Translations under genes and position numbers: made by a program | From: Candidatus Rifleibacteriota bacterium | Lineage (GTDB): Bacteria > Muiribacteriota > Ozemobacteria > Ozemobacterales > Ozemobacteraceae | Direction: 5' to 3' | Length of the DNA stretch: 64,000 nucleotides | Assembly: GCA_024710355.1 (NCBI GenBank) | Contig: JANJUX010000055.1 | Location: 34,248-98,247, forward strand | Shown here: in pieces, positions 1 to 8,951 of the stretch | Position numbering within the stretch: position 1 is the stretch's first letter | Layout of the letters: the number at the start of each line of letters is the position of its first letter | Notes under the pieces: generated by a model | Told to the model about the DNA's origin: nothing | The model's input: only the letters and a program-made list of their open reading frames with translations | Database searches by the model: none

Positions 1-1799
1 AATGCTTCGGGGCTGGCGCAGACAAGCTCGCGGCTCATGCCGGGATACTGGGCGCCCTGGCCGGGGAAGATCACGCCGATCGGTTTAACATCATGGTTCT
101 GGCTGAAGCAGGCACCATTCGGCAGCACAAAGCGGCCAGTTTCGGCACCCTTGTCGAGCTGGGCCGTGATTTCGCCGAGCAGCTTGTTCAGGTCGGTGCC
201 GGCATCGACGACAAAGGTCAGGCGGCAGGCGTCTTTATGATTGAAATCGCGGCGGCTTTCGGCAGCGCCCATACGGATCTGGCGGGCATTCTTCGCCTGT
301 GCCAGTTTTCCGAGCGCGGTTTTGAGATCGGCGGTATTTTTACCCGAGAAAGTGAACAGTTCGGTGCCGCGGGCCCAGTCCCAGCAGTGCTTTTCCTGGG
401 TATATTCAGAAATTACCACATGGAAATTGCTGCCGCCGAAGCCGAGGGCGCTGACTGCGGCATAGCGCGGCCGACCGTCGTCGGTGACCCATGGCCTCAT
501 CTGATCGGGCAGATAGAGCGGAACATTCTCTGAAGTCAGGGTAGCTGCCGGCTTTGAAATCTTGATTGTCGGCGGAATAACCTTGTGATAAATGGCCAGA
601 GCGGCCTTGATCAGACCGGCAGAGCCGGCTGCGGCTTTGGTGTGGCCGATCTGCGACTTAACCGAGCCAAGAGCGCACCATGGGCGGCCGTTATCGGCCT
701 GGCCATAGATTTCTTTCAGCGCATTGACTTCGACTTCGTCGCCGGCGCCGGTGCCGGTGCCGTGGGCTTCGATCAGGCTGATATCGCGTGGCGAAATGCC
801 GGCCTGTTCATAGGCGCGGCGCAGAGCCTTGACCTGGCCTTCGGCGCTTGGCGCGTAAATGGCCTTGCCTTTACCGTCGCTCGAAGTGCCGACCGAGTTC
901 AAGGTTGCGTAAATGCGGTCGCCGTCGCGTTCTGCGTCTGAGAGGCGCTTGAGTACCACCATGCCGATGCCTTCACCAAGAATGGTGCCGTCGTTGTCGA
1001 CGCTGAATGGCCGTGAATGACCGGTTGCCGACAGGGCAGGGGTTTTGCAGAAGCACATATACATGAAAATATCGTTGAAAGTATCGACGCCGCCGGTGAT
1101 GACCATGTCGGTCTTGCCGGTCCAGAGTTCCATGGCGGCGAGGTTGACGGCGCTCAGGGCACTGCCGCAGGCAGCGTCGACAACACAGTTGGTGCCGCCA
1201 AGGTTCAGGCGGTTGGCGATACGGCCGGCGGCCACGTTGCCCAGCAGACCGGGGAATGAGTTTTCCTGCCAGCCGACATAGGCTTTGCCGATGTTTTTGA
1301 TGACTTCTTCGGTGATTTCAGGCGCGATGCCGGCATGCTGCATGGCGCGGCGCCAGATCGGGTGCCCGAGGCGGGCGCCAAGCGGCACAACCAGTTCGAG
1401 AGTGCCGGTCAGACCGAGAACGACGCTGACATTGTCGCGATTGAATTCGCGGCCGGCAGTGTAGCCGGCATCTACCAGCGCTCCCTGGGCGACAACCAGG
1501 CTCAGCAGCTGGGATGTGTCGATGGCGTCGAGATCCGATGGCGCTATTCCCCATTCACCGGGGTTGAAATCAACCGGATCGAGAAAGCCGCCGGTTTTGG
1601 CGTAGACGTGATCGGGTCGCTTCTTGTCTGTATCGAAGAAGTCTTTGGGGTCCCAGTGGGTGTCAGCCGGTACTTCGCGGATGGCATCAACTTTCTCTTT
1701 GATGTTGGCCCAGTAGTCCTCTACTGATTGAGCCTTCGGAAACATGCAGCTCATGCCAACGATCGCAAGTGGTTCGAAAGATTGTTTTGTGCGCTTCAT
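1..1799 (-). CDS. pfaA: PfaA-like type I polyketide/PUFA synthase, N-terminal part (KS domain and beginning of AT domain); 5' partial relative to the window (gene continues beyond position 1)
   Basis: Reverse-strand translation from the ATG at 1799 gives MKRTKQSFEPLAIVGMSCMFP...THWDPKDFFD...FNPGEWGI...DTSQLLSLVVA, then the KS active-site region VVDAACGSALSAV and HGTGT-type motifs. Near position 1 it reaches the AT motif FPGQGAQYPGM. The ORF is absent from the supplied track because it has no stop inside the window. Confidence 0.85.
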   Translation of the reverse strand, partial: MKRTKQSFEPLAIVGMSCMFPKAQSVEDYWANIKEKVDAIREVPADTHWDPKDFFDTDKKRPDHVYAKTGGFLDPVDFNPGEWGIAPSDLDAIDTSQLLSLVVAQGALVDAGYTAGREFNRDNVSVVLGLTGTLELVVPLGARLGHPIWRRAMQHAGIAPEITEEVIKNIGKAYVGWQENSFPGLLGNVAAGRIANRLNLGGTNCVVDAACGSALSAVNLAAMELWTGKTDMVITGGVDTFNDIFMYMCFCKTPALSATGHSRPFSVDNDGTILGEGIGMVVLKRLSDAERDGDRIYATLNSVGTSSDGKGKAIYAPSAEGQVKALRRAYEQAGISPRDISLIEAHGTGTGAGDEVEVNALKEIYGQADNGRPWCALGSVKSQIGHTKAAAGSAGLIKAALAIYHKVIPPTIKISKPAATLTSENVPLYLPDQMRPWVTDDGRPRYAAVSALGFGGSNFHVVISEYTQEKHCWDWARGTELFTFSGKNTADLKTALGKLAQAKNARQIRMGAAESRRDFNHKDACRLTFVVDAGTDLNKLLGEITAQLDKGAETGRFVLPNGACFSQNHDVKPIGVIFPGQGAQYPGMSRELVCASPEA

Positions 1800-2072
1800 A
1801 CCGGCCTTCCTGTGCTGTAAAATCGAACTACAGCCTGTCGCCACTACCTCTGCCTTTACCGCCCTGAATCGGTCAGGCTCGGCAATTTGAGGCGCTTTGC
1901 GCAGGTCTGTCACGTGTACATAAATTTGCCAGAATGTTAACACGCCGGCGGCAATTTTTGAAGCTTTATTTATCTACTTTGGCAGGCGCACCAGACCAGC
2001 CTTTTTTTATGCCGGTCGCCAGAATGCCGAAGATTTCTGTGAGCGAAAGCGAAAAGAAAAAAATCTGCGGGC

Positions 2073-2744
2073 TCAATAATTTTCGATTTGCGGCGAATCG
2101 GGCAGTAGAAAACGGTTTTCGTTAAGATGGCTGTCGGGGCAGGCAAAAATGATGGTCAGAGGCGCTTCGCCGCTTCTGACCAGCTGGTGGGCAAAACCTT
2201 CCGGAATGACGAAACTGTCACCGGCCTTAACCTGCAGAGGCTGCTGCCAGGCGACTGAAGTCTCTGATTCGAGCTCTTCAATCGCTTCTTTCAATACTTC
2301 CGAAGAGACATGCAGGGCTGCCAGCCCGGCGATGGGCAAGGCGACGGGGCAGGCTGCCAGATGAGTCGCGCTGTTGATCACCTTGCAGGCGGTGCTTATC
2401 GCTTCCGACTCCGAAAGTCCGGCGTGATCAACCGAGATTTTACCATGCTCACCGTTGCAAACCCTGTTCTCTACCGCGCCAAAATATAGAATGCCCGAGC
2501 CTTCGACCACTTCATAAACTTCTTCGCCATGCCGGTGATAATGGCAGTTGACTTTGCTTGCTATTTCCGCCACATGATAGCGCCATTCCGGGCTACCGTG
2601 AAGTTTCGCATGTTTTATGCCGGCAGCTTTGTCGAACTGGCTTTTACTGAGCGCCTGACGCCATTCAGATTCACTGATATCGAGCAGATTGCCAATCAGT
2701 TTGCTGAAGGCCGAATTGAACCTGTTCTTGATAATGATAGTCAT
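2073..2744 (-). CDS. cupin domain-containing protein
   Basis: 223-aa ORF with cupin motif 1-like HYHRHGEEVYEVVEGSG and motif 2-like GDSFVIPEGFAHQL. Lies between the PAD homolog and the pfaA-like gene. Confidence 0.6.
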   Translation of the reverse strand: MTIIIKNRFNSAFSKLIGNLLDISESEWRQALSKSQFDKAAGIKHAKLHGSPEWRYHVAEIASKVNCHYHRHGEEVYEVVEGSGILYFGAVENRVCNGEHGKISVDHAGLSESEAISTACKVINSATHLAACPVALPIAGLAALHVSSEVLKEAIEELESETSVAWQQPLQVKAGDSFVIPEGFAHQLVRSGEAPLTIIFACPDSHLNENRFLLPDSPQIENY

Positions 2745-3083
2745 TTTTCTTCAATCTTCCGTTTCCCTGATTATATATTTATTGAGCATCTGTGCAAGTG
2801 CTGAGATGGAAAAGGCTTGCGGATACTGGCAGTGAACCATACTTCTGCGGGTTGGTCATGACTGGATCCTCTATCCGACCATTACCGCAGAATCTCAATG
2901 ATCGCTGCTGACATGGTTTCCTCGACAAAAATCTTGAGAACGAATGTTTCTATTTATTGACGATTTTAGCAGATATCATTTTGAAAAACTACTTTCGGTG
3001 AAAATGCCTTCTATCGCCATGGGAAAAAGGCATGCGCAAACTTTTTCCAGCCACGCAACAGGTTTGCCGATTTTCGCAAATAA

Positions 3084-3113
3084 AAAAGCTGCCCCGACGT
3101 CGCCAGGGCAGCC
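3084..3113 (-). terminator. rho-independent terminator downstream of the PAD-like gene
   Basis: GC hairpin gctgccc...gggcagc, followed on the minus strand by a T-run (aaaaaa at 3082-3087 on plus). Confidence 0.6.
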
Positions 3114-3130
3114 TCGCTTTATTCAGCAGC

Positions 3131-4606
3131 TTACTTCGGAACCACGAAATACCTGTTCGGGTGCCTGAAAACATTGGTGCCGCAATGCAGCTGACCCTGA
3201 AGATTATGATAGGGCAGGGAATCGATGAAATTCGCGCGCAGCCCGATCATGTCTGCAGCCCTGGCAATGTATCTACGCATGGCATCGACTTTTGGATCAG
3301 GGACAATCAGCTGGTTGTTCAGGATCAGCTGATTGACGCTGCCCGGCAGATAGGCGATGTGCTTGCCTGAATAAATCTTTCTGAACAGAGCCGGAAACGA
3401 AAGAACCGAATGGGGTTTACCCGATTCTTTCCGCACTTCTGAAATTTTGTCGCAGGCGCGCTTAACGTTGGTGTCGATCAGATTGCCGAGAGTCAGGTTG
3501 AGCTTGATGAATTCTTCAACCTCGTCGCCGGAAATATCGTGTCCGGAAGCGAGAATCGCCCCTGATTTCGATTTAACAAGAGCTTCACTGGTTTCTTCCG
3601 GCAGATTGATGTATTCAAGAACCGCTTCAGAGAACGGCTTTCTTGCTCCGGCTCTGTTTTTTCTACCCTGTTTGAGAGCTTTGGCCTTTTCTGCTTCTGC
3701 TTTTACCAGATATTTTTTGATCTTGAGCAGAGCATCGCGGTATTCCTTGTGCTCAATGGTTTTCAGTTCTTCGTCGGTCGCATCTTTAACAAGCCGCAGA
3801 GCCAGTCTGGGGTTGGCTTTAATCAGAGTATAGCCTCGGGTTGCCTTCGGATTCGGGCAGACTGAGATATATTCATCGACATGGCCGACGTGCAGCCATT
3901 CTGTCTCGAGAACCGCCATGCGGTTCTGATAGCCATGCTTTTCTAGATAAGTTCTGAGCTCCGGCGTCGATGTATCGCCGATCAACAGAACGTTGTCGGG
4001 CGTAACTTCGATATTGCCGCCGTAATCGCCGCCGGAATACGCTTCAGACGGGTTTTTCAGCAGGTAGCTGTTCCAGAATTTTGCGAGAATCTCGGGCAGT
4101 TCGGCGTTGTCGCGGCCCCGGTTCGAATCGAAAACCACCGTCTGCGGCTTCGGTTCGCCCTTGATTTTTACCACGCCAACTTCGCCCCAGTCCTGCATCC
4201 ACATGTCGCGGGTGGTGTACCCCTTGTTGAATTCAACGTAGCGGGCTACCCGTTCAGCGCCAACCTGGGTTCTGAGATGCTCATAATCCTTTTCGTTCAT
4301 TTCCCAACCGGGAATTATGTGAACCTTGAATTCTTCGCCCTTCTTGACCTGGCCCTTTTCGTGCATGCCGGCAACGATATTGACCAGCGAAATGACGAAG
4401 TTTTCGTTCTTCTGTCCTGGTGTATAAACGACGAGAACCTTGACCGGGATATTATTCGGGCTCAAAAACCTGATGCTTTCAATCTCTTCTGGAGATGCGA
4501 CCTGTCTGACACGCGCTTCGACATCACAGAAAAGACCGCCTGCCGCCATGAAAAAAGCCAGAGCCGCACCAGCGGCGTATTTAACTCCGAATTTCCCGGT
4601 TGGCAT
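3131..4606 (-). CDS. eukaryote-type protein-arginine deiminase (PAD) homolog with N-terminal signal peptide
   Basis: Strong motif conservation with mammalian PAD catalytic domains: RDMWMQDWGE, VVFDSNRG, GGNIEVTPD, WLHVGHVDEYISV, and the C-terminal catalytic-Cys motif LHCGTNVFRHP. The start was chosen at MPTGKFGVKY (4606) because an aggaga RBS lies 7 nt upstream. The longer track ORF extends to 4687. A hydrophobic signal-like N-terminus is present. Confidence 0.8.
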   Translation of the reverse strand: MPTGKFGVKYAAGAALAFFMAAGGLFCDVEARVRQVASPEEIESIRFLSPNNIPVKVLVVYTPGQKNENFVISLVNIVAGMHEKGQVKKGEEFKVHIIPGWEMNEKDYEHLRTQVGAERVARYVEFNKGYTTRDMWMQDWGEVGVVKIKGEPKPQTVVFDSNRGRDNAELPEILAKFWNSYLLKNPSEAYSGGDYGGNIEVTPDNVLLIGDTSTPELRTYLEKHGYQNRMAVLETEWLHVGHVDEYISVCPNPKATRGYTLIKANPRLALRLVKDATDEELKTIEHKEYRDALLKIKKYLVKAEAEKAKALKQGRKNRAGARKPFSEAVLEYINLPEETSEALVKSKSGAILASGHDISGDEVEEFIKLNLTLGNLIDTNVKRACDKISEVRKESGKPHSVLSFPALFRKIYSGKHIAYLPGSVNQLILNNQLIVPDPKVDAMRRYIARAADMIGLRANFIDSLPYHNLQGQLHCGTNVFRHPNRYFVVPK

Positions 4607-4708
4607 AAAACTTCTCCTGCAAAATAATGATGCAGACATTATACCAGACAAGATCTTCTTCTGGAACAGCCGCCGTAAAAGCTTCACCCCGGGCTGATTA
4701 TAGCGCCG

Positions 4709-5410
4709 TTAAAGGGAAAACTGCTGCAGACTGAGCTGCAGTGCGGGTGCCTGCAGAGCGATCGCTGCCTGGTAATCGGGCGCCGGGCAGAAATCGCCAA
4801 AAACCCAGTTCTGGCTTTGTGAGGGGTCGCCGAGACGTTCACGCAGGGCGCGCGGTTCATCAGGTTTGAACGAGATCAGAGTGTGCCCGAGGCCGGCGAT
4901 GCCTTCGCCGGTCGCTTTCAATAGGGCTTCCTTGCGGGTCCAGCCACGGAAAAAAGCATGCTGCTGGCTCGGAACGCTGAACCTCGACCATTCTTCCCGT
5001 TCAGATTCAGAAAAAAAGCGGTGCATGACTGCGGCGAAATCGACATGCCGCGGCAGGTATTCGACGTCGACACCGACCGGGTGCCGGGCCAGAGCGATCA
5101 GGGCCAGGGTGCGGCTGTGCGAGATATTGAAAAAAAGCCCCGGGTTGTCGGGCAGAAATGGTTTGCCATGCTCGTGCGTGGCGATAATTACCCGGGCGGG
5201 TTCGGTATCGAGCAGCTGGCCGAGCAGAAAGCGCAAGACGCCGCGCGCCGCCAGAAACATTTCGCGGGGCGCCGCGACACTGTAGCGTTCAAGTCTGGCC
5301 AGATCTTCACTGCTCAGAAAAGCTTTCAGTTCCTGAAGCTTTCCGGCAAGCTGTGTTGTATCGACAACCTGCACCATGACCTGGTTGGGTGCCAGTTCTG
5401 TGCCGGGCAT
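4709..5410 (-). CDS. 4'-phosphopantetheinyl transferase, Sfp/PfaE type
   Basis: PPTase motifs VLRFLLGQLL, HGKPFL, FNISHS, GVDVE and WTRKEALLKATG. Sits 5 bp downstream of pfaD. Confidence 0.85.
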   Translation of the reverse strand: MPGTELAPNQVMVQVVDTTQLAGKLQELKAFLSSEDLARLERYSVAAPREMFLAARGVLRFLLGQLLDTEPARVIIATHEHGKPFLPDNPGLFFNISHSRTLALIALARHPVGVDVEYLPRHVDFAAVMHRFFSESEREEWSRFSVPSQQHAFFRGWTRKEALLKATGEGIAGLGHTLISFKPDEPRALRERLGDPSQSQNWVFGDFCPAPDYQAAIALQAPALQLSLQQFSL

Positions 5411-5415
5411 GCTTT

Positions 5416-7083
5416 TCAGATCAGCTTGCCGATCTGTTCAAGGGTGCGCGGGCCGACGGCGCTGAGAGCGTCGGCGAAGCGCAGGCCCTGGTTGCGCAGC
5501 TGCGTAAATCTGAGTTCGACAGCTGAGCCATAGAGCAGGTTCATGGCCACATCGACAACCTTGCGGTTCTCTGGCTTTTCGAAAAAACTGCCCTTGGCCC
5601 ATTCATTGAAAGCGCCCATGGCCGGGCCACACCAGATCTGATAGTCGACCTTGCGGTTCTCTTCGCCGGCAACTGCCCAGCGCGGTGACAGGCCGAGATA
5701 CCATCTGAAAATCAGCGCCATTTTGTGGTGCGGGTCGGCAGCCGCTTTTTCGAGCTGTGAGGGGTCGCGCTGCTTGAAAAATTCAGCAGTGCCGGCCCAG
5801 ATGTTGTCGAGACTGTCCTGAAAAACCGTCTTTTCAAGCATCTGACGATCGGCCGGCGGCAGAGCTTCGATGCTTTCGTAACGGCGGTAGAATTCGTAAA
5901 GCTTCTGGGCGCGCATCGCGAACATGGTGCCGCGTTTCAGTACCTGAACGGTAACGCCCATTTCAAACATGTCGCCGGCCGGCGCCATGGCGATATCGGC
6001 CTGGCCGGCGTTAGCCAGCATCAGGCGGGCGGCATCGGAAGTGCCTGATTCGACACAGGCCTGATGTACCGAGCCGACTACCAGATAAGAAGCGCCCATT
6101 GCAAAAGCGGCGGCGGCAGAAGCCGGAGTGCCGGTGCCACCACCAAAGCCTACGCGCAGCGGCATGTCATATTTGTATTCTGCCTGCATACGGTTTTTGA
6201 GAGCAATCATGGTCGGGTGCAGTGAAACGGCCGGGCGATTGTCGGTGTGTCCGCCAGAATCTGCTTCAGAAGTGAGATCCTGGGCAACCGGAATCCGCGC
6301 AGCCAGGCGGGCTTGCTGTTCGGTGATTGCACCAGATTCAAGCAGCTTCTGCAGCATTTTTTCGGGTGGCGGTGCAAAAAATTTCGAGGCGACTTCGACG
6401 CGGCTGACTTTCGCAATTACCCGGTTCGGGGTGATGATGCGGCCGTTGGCGTCTTCATGAATTCCGTGCAGGCGGTAGCGCACCAGTGGCAGCGACATGG
6501 CGAGAAACGCCGAGGCTTCGACGAGTCTGACTTCATGGCGCAGATACAGGTCGACGATTGCGTCTTCGAGACCCTTTTCGTTCGGGCTGTGAATCAGGTT
6601 GAAACCGAACGGAACCGGTTCTTTCAGGCTTTTCATCTGCAGAATCGCCTTTTCAACCTTGGCGGGTGAATCACCGGCAGCACCGATGAAGCCGAGCATG
6701 CCGGCGCGGCCAAGCTGAATGGCGATTTCGGGTGAGCTGATGCCATGCGCCATCGAACCGCCAACATAGGCATATTTCAGGCCGTGGTCATGACAGAATG
6801 ATGCATCACCAAGATTTTCGAGCAGCGATGGCGATGAGAAGCCCATCAGCGGCAGTGCGCCGGTTGGTCTGGAATTCAGGTCAAAAGAGATGTCGCCCTG
6901 GTCGGTGAGGCTGATTCTACCGTCGTGCAATACGGCAAAAACCGGCCGGGTCAGGTTGCCGAGCAGCTCGGCCATGCCGGCCTGGTCAGACTTGAGAGAG
7001 GCGGGGGCGCCTTTCCACCAGCCTGAGTGCATCTGCTGCGAAAAAGAAGGCCAAACCAACGCGCTGTTATCTGAAAGGGTCAT
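5416..7083 (-). CDS. pfaD: PfaD-family enoyl reductase of PUFA/secondary-lipid synthase (2-nitropropane dioxygenase-like)
   Basis: 555-aa ORF with GFGGGTGTPASAAAAFAMGASYLVVGSVHQACVESGTSDA, DIAMAPAGDMFEMGVTVQVLKRGTMF and LYEFY segments, which are characteristic of PfaD. Confidence 0.85.
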   Translation of the reverse strand: MTLSDNSALVWPSFSQQMHSGWWKGAPASLKSDQAGMAELLGNLTRPVFAVLHDGRISLTDQGDISFDLNSRPTGALPLMGFSSPSLLENLGDASFCHDHGLKYAYVGGSMAHGISSPEIAIQLGRAGMLGFIGAAGDSPAKVEKAILQMKSLKEPVPFGFNLIHSPNEKGLEDAIVDLYLRHEVRLVEASAFLAMSLPLVRYRLHGIHEDANGRIITPNRVIAKVSRVEVASKFFAPPPEKMLQKLLESGAITEQQARLAARIPVAQDLTSEADSGGHTDNRPAVSLHPTMIALKNRMQAEYKYDMPLRVGFGGGTGTPASAAAAFAMGASYLVVGSVHQACVESGTSDAARLMLANAGQADIAMAPAGDMFEMGVTVQVLKRGTMFAMRAQKLYEFYRRYESIEALPPADRQMLEKTVFQDSLDNIWAGTAEFFKQRDPSQLEKAAADPHHKMALIFRWYLGLSPRWAVAGEENRKVDYQIWCGPAMGAFNEWAKGSFFEKPENRKVVDVAMNLLYGSAVELRFTQLRNQGLRFADALSAVGPRTLEQIGKLI

Positions 7084-7240
7084 CAGGAGTGTTTCCTCCG
7101 CTGTATCTGTAGTGTCGAAGCTTTATTGCCGGCAATTCTAACTAATTCCGGGCAAAATTGCAATGCACAAAAATTCAGCCTGAATCAGAGCGCTTTGTGT
7201 GGTAAAATGCCGGCATAATACATCAGGCACGGAGATAACC

Positions 7241-8086
7241 ATGGCGAACCTTGCAGCTTTTAACCGTTTGAAAGTGACCCGCAGCGTGGCTGCCGGCATT
7301 TATGTCGATGCCGGCGAGTTTGGCGAGCTGATGCTGCCCGGTTGGGACGTAACCACTCCGCTCGAAGCCGGCAACGAAGTCGATGTTTTCCTGTTTCCTG
7401 ATGCCGAGGGAAAAGTGGTCGCGAGTATGCGCCGCCCCCTGGCTCTGCCGGGCGAAGCCGCGCTGCTGAAAGTTGCCGCCGTGACCGCCTCCGGCGCCCT
7501 GCTTGAGTGGGGCATGCCAAAAAGCCTTTTTGTGCCGGTGAAAGAGCAGGCCGAAAAGATGGTCAAGGGCTTCTCTTATGTCGTTTATGTGCATTTTGAC
7601 AAGCGCACCCGTACCCTGAACGGTTCTTCGAATCTCGAAAAATTTATGACCACCACCCCGGGCGGCCTCGAACTGAACCAGGAAGTCACGCTTCTCGTCT
7701 TTGACGAAAGCGACCTTGGCTATCGCGTTGTCGTCAACAACTGCGGCCTGGGCTTTGTTTATCGCAACGACCTGTTTCGATCGCTGAAAATCGGCGAAAA
7801 AACGACCGGCTACGTTAAAAATATCCGCGAAGACGGCCGCGTCGACTTTTATCTGCAGAAGCCCGGTTATGGCCGCATTCTCGATCTGGGCGAGCAGATT
7901 ATCGAGAAGCTTCGTGCTGCCGGCGGGTTTCTGGCGATAACTGATAAAAGCCCGGCCGAAGAGATTTACGAGTTGTTTGCCACCAGTAAAAAGAATTATA
8001 AAAAGGCGGTCGGCGGCCTTTACAAAAAGGGCCTGCTGGTGATCGAAGACGAAGGTATTCGCCTGACCCCCGCCGGTCGCAAATAA
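7241..8086 (+). CDS. cvfB: CvfB-family S1-domain RNA-binding protein
   Basis: Start at MANLAAFN with a ggaga RBS. Repeated S1-like segments and a C-terminal winged-helix (GLL...GIRLT) typical of CvfB/YitL. Confidence 0.7.
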   Translation: MANLAAFNRLKVTRSVAAGIYVDAGEFGELMLPGWDVTTPLEAGNEVDVFLFPDAEGKVVASMRRPLALPGEAALLKVAAVTASGALLEWGMPKSLFVPVKEQAEKMVKGFSYVVYVHFDKRTRTLNGSSNLEKFMTTTPGGLELNQEVTLLVFDESDLGYRVVVNNCGLGFVYRNDLFRSLKIGEKTTGYVKNIREDGRVDFYLQKPGYGRILDLGEQIIEKLRAAGGFLAITDKSPAEEIYELFATSKKNYKKAVGGLYKKGLLVIEDEGIRLTPAGRK

Positions 8087-8092
8087 GTTGTT

Positions 8093-8845
8093 GTGATTGA
8101 ATCGTTTCAAAAAAAGATCGATACCCTCGATATCAGTATTTTTTCGGGGGTTCCGTCGCAGACAACCGATGCCGACCGCAGATCACTGCTGGCGGTGCAG
8201 CGTGCCGTTGCCGCAGCTCACAGCAGTTATGCCTATCTCGAAATAGGCTCGCACTTGGGTGGCACTATTCAGCCGTATCTGGCCGATCCGCGCTGTGGCC
8301 GCATTTTTTCGCTCGACCCGCGCCCGGCCGCGCAGCCTGACGACCGCCGCCCCGGTCATATAGCCCGCTACGAGAACAACTCTTCGCAGCGTATGCTCGA
8401 CATGTTGTCTGGTGCCGGGCTGGGCGACATTGGGCGCATCAGCTGCATCGAGCTCGATTCCTCACAGGTGGCGCCCGAAATGATTGCCCCGGCGCCGGCA
8501 ATCGCTTTTATCGACGGCGAACACACCGCCCGGGCTGTGGTTGCCGATTTTAACTTCTGCCGGCAGGTGCTGCGCCCCGATGGCGTCGTCGTTTTTCACG
8601 ATTTTTCTATTCTGTATCGCCCTCTTTTTGCCATGTTGCGATCATGGCGTCGGCAAAAACTGCCGTGGGCCATTGTCAGGCTCCCAGACAATCTGCTCGC
8701 CGTCTTCTTCGACCCGGCAGTTCCGGCCGCCGACCCCTGGCTTGCAGTCATGCAGCGCCGCACCAGCCGCAGCCTGCTGCTGTTCCGCCTGATCACCCTG
8801 GCAAAATCATTGAAAAGAAAATTCCTGGCAGCCCTTGTTAAATGA
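8093..8845 (+). CDS. class I SAM-dependent methyltransferase (Methyltransf_24 / cephalosporin-hydroxylase-like fold)
   Basis: LEIGSHLGGT glycine-rich SAM motif, IAFIDGEH and VVVFHD motifs. Putative GTG start. Confidence 0.6.
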   Translation: MIESFQKKIDTLDISIFSGVPSQTTDADRRSLLAVQRAVAAAHSSYAYLEIGSHLGGTIQPYLADPRCGRIFSLDPRPAAQPDDRRPGHIARYENNSSQRMLDMLSGAGLGDIGRISCIELDSSQVAPEMIAPAPAIAFIDGEHTARAVVADFNFCRQVLRPDGVVVFHDFSILYRPLFAMLRSWRRQKLPWAIVRLPDNLLAVFFDPAVPAADPWLAVMQRRTSRSLLLFRLITLAKSLKRKFLAALVK

Positions 8846-8951
8846 ACGTTTGAACGTTCTCTCCGAGTTTGCCGGCGGCGTGGGGTTCCTTGCCGGTAGT
8901 GGTGTTGAGGGTTATAATTCAGGGATAATCTTAAGTTTTGGAGGCGTTTTG

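Noticed and set aside
93-1727. Plus-strand ORFs (93-533, 585-941, 1335-1727) inside the PfaA-like gene
   Set aside because: They lie antisense to a strongly supported KS/AT coding frame. High-GC DNA yields long spurious antisense ORFs, and none shows recognisable motifs.
2944-3174. Small ORFs (74 aa on plus, 61 aa on minus) between the cupin and PAD genes
   Set aside because: They overlap the PAD terminator hairpin, have no RBS or motifs, and are more likely non-coding.
7223-8110. 295-aa minus-strand ORF mirroring cvfB
   Set aside because: It is an exact antisense shadow of the CvfB gene. Its translation is low-complexity and Ala/Gly/Arg-rich, with no domain features.
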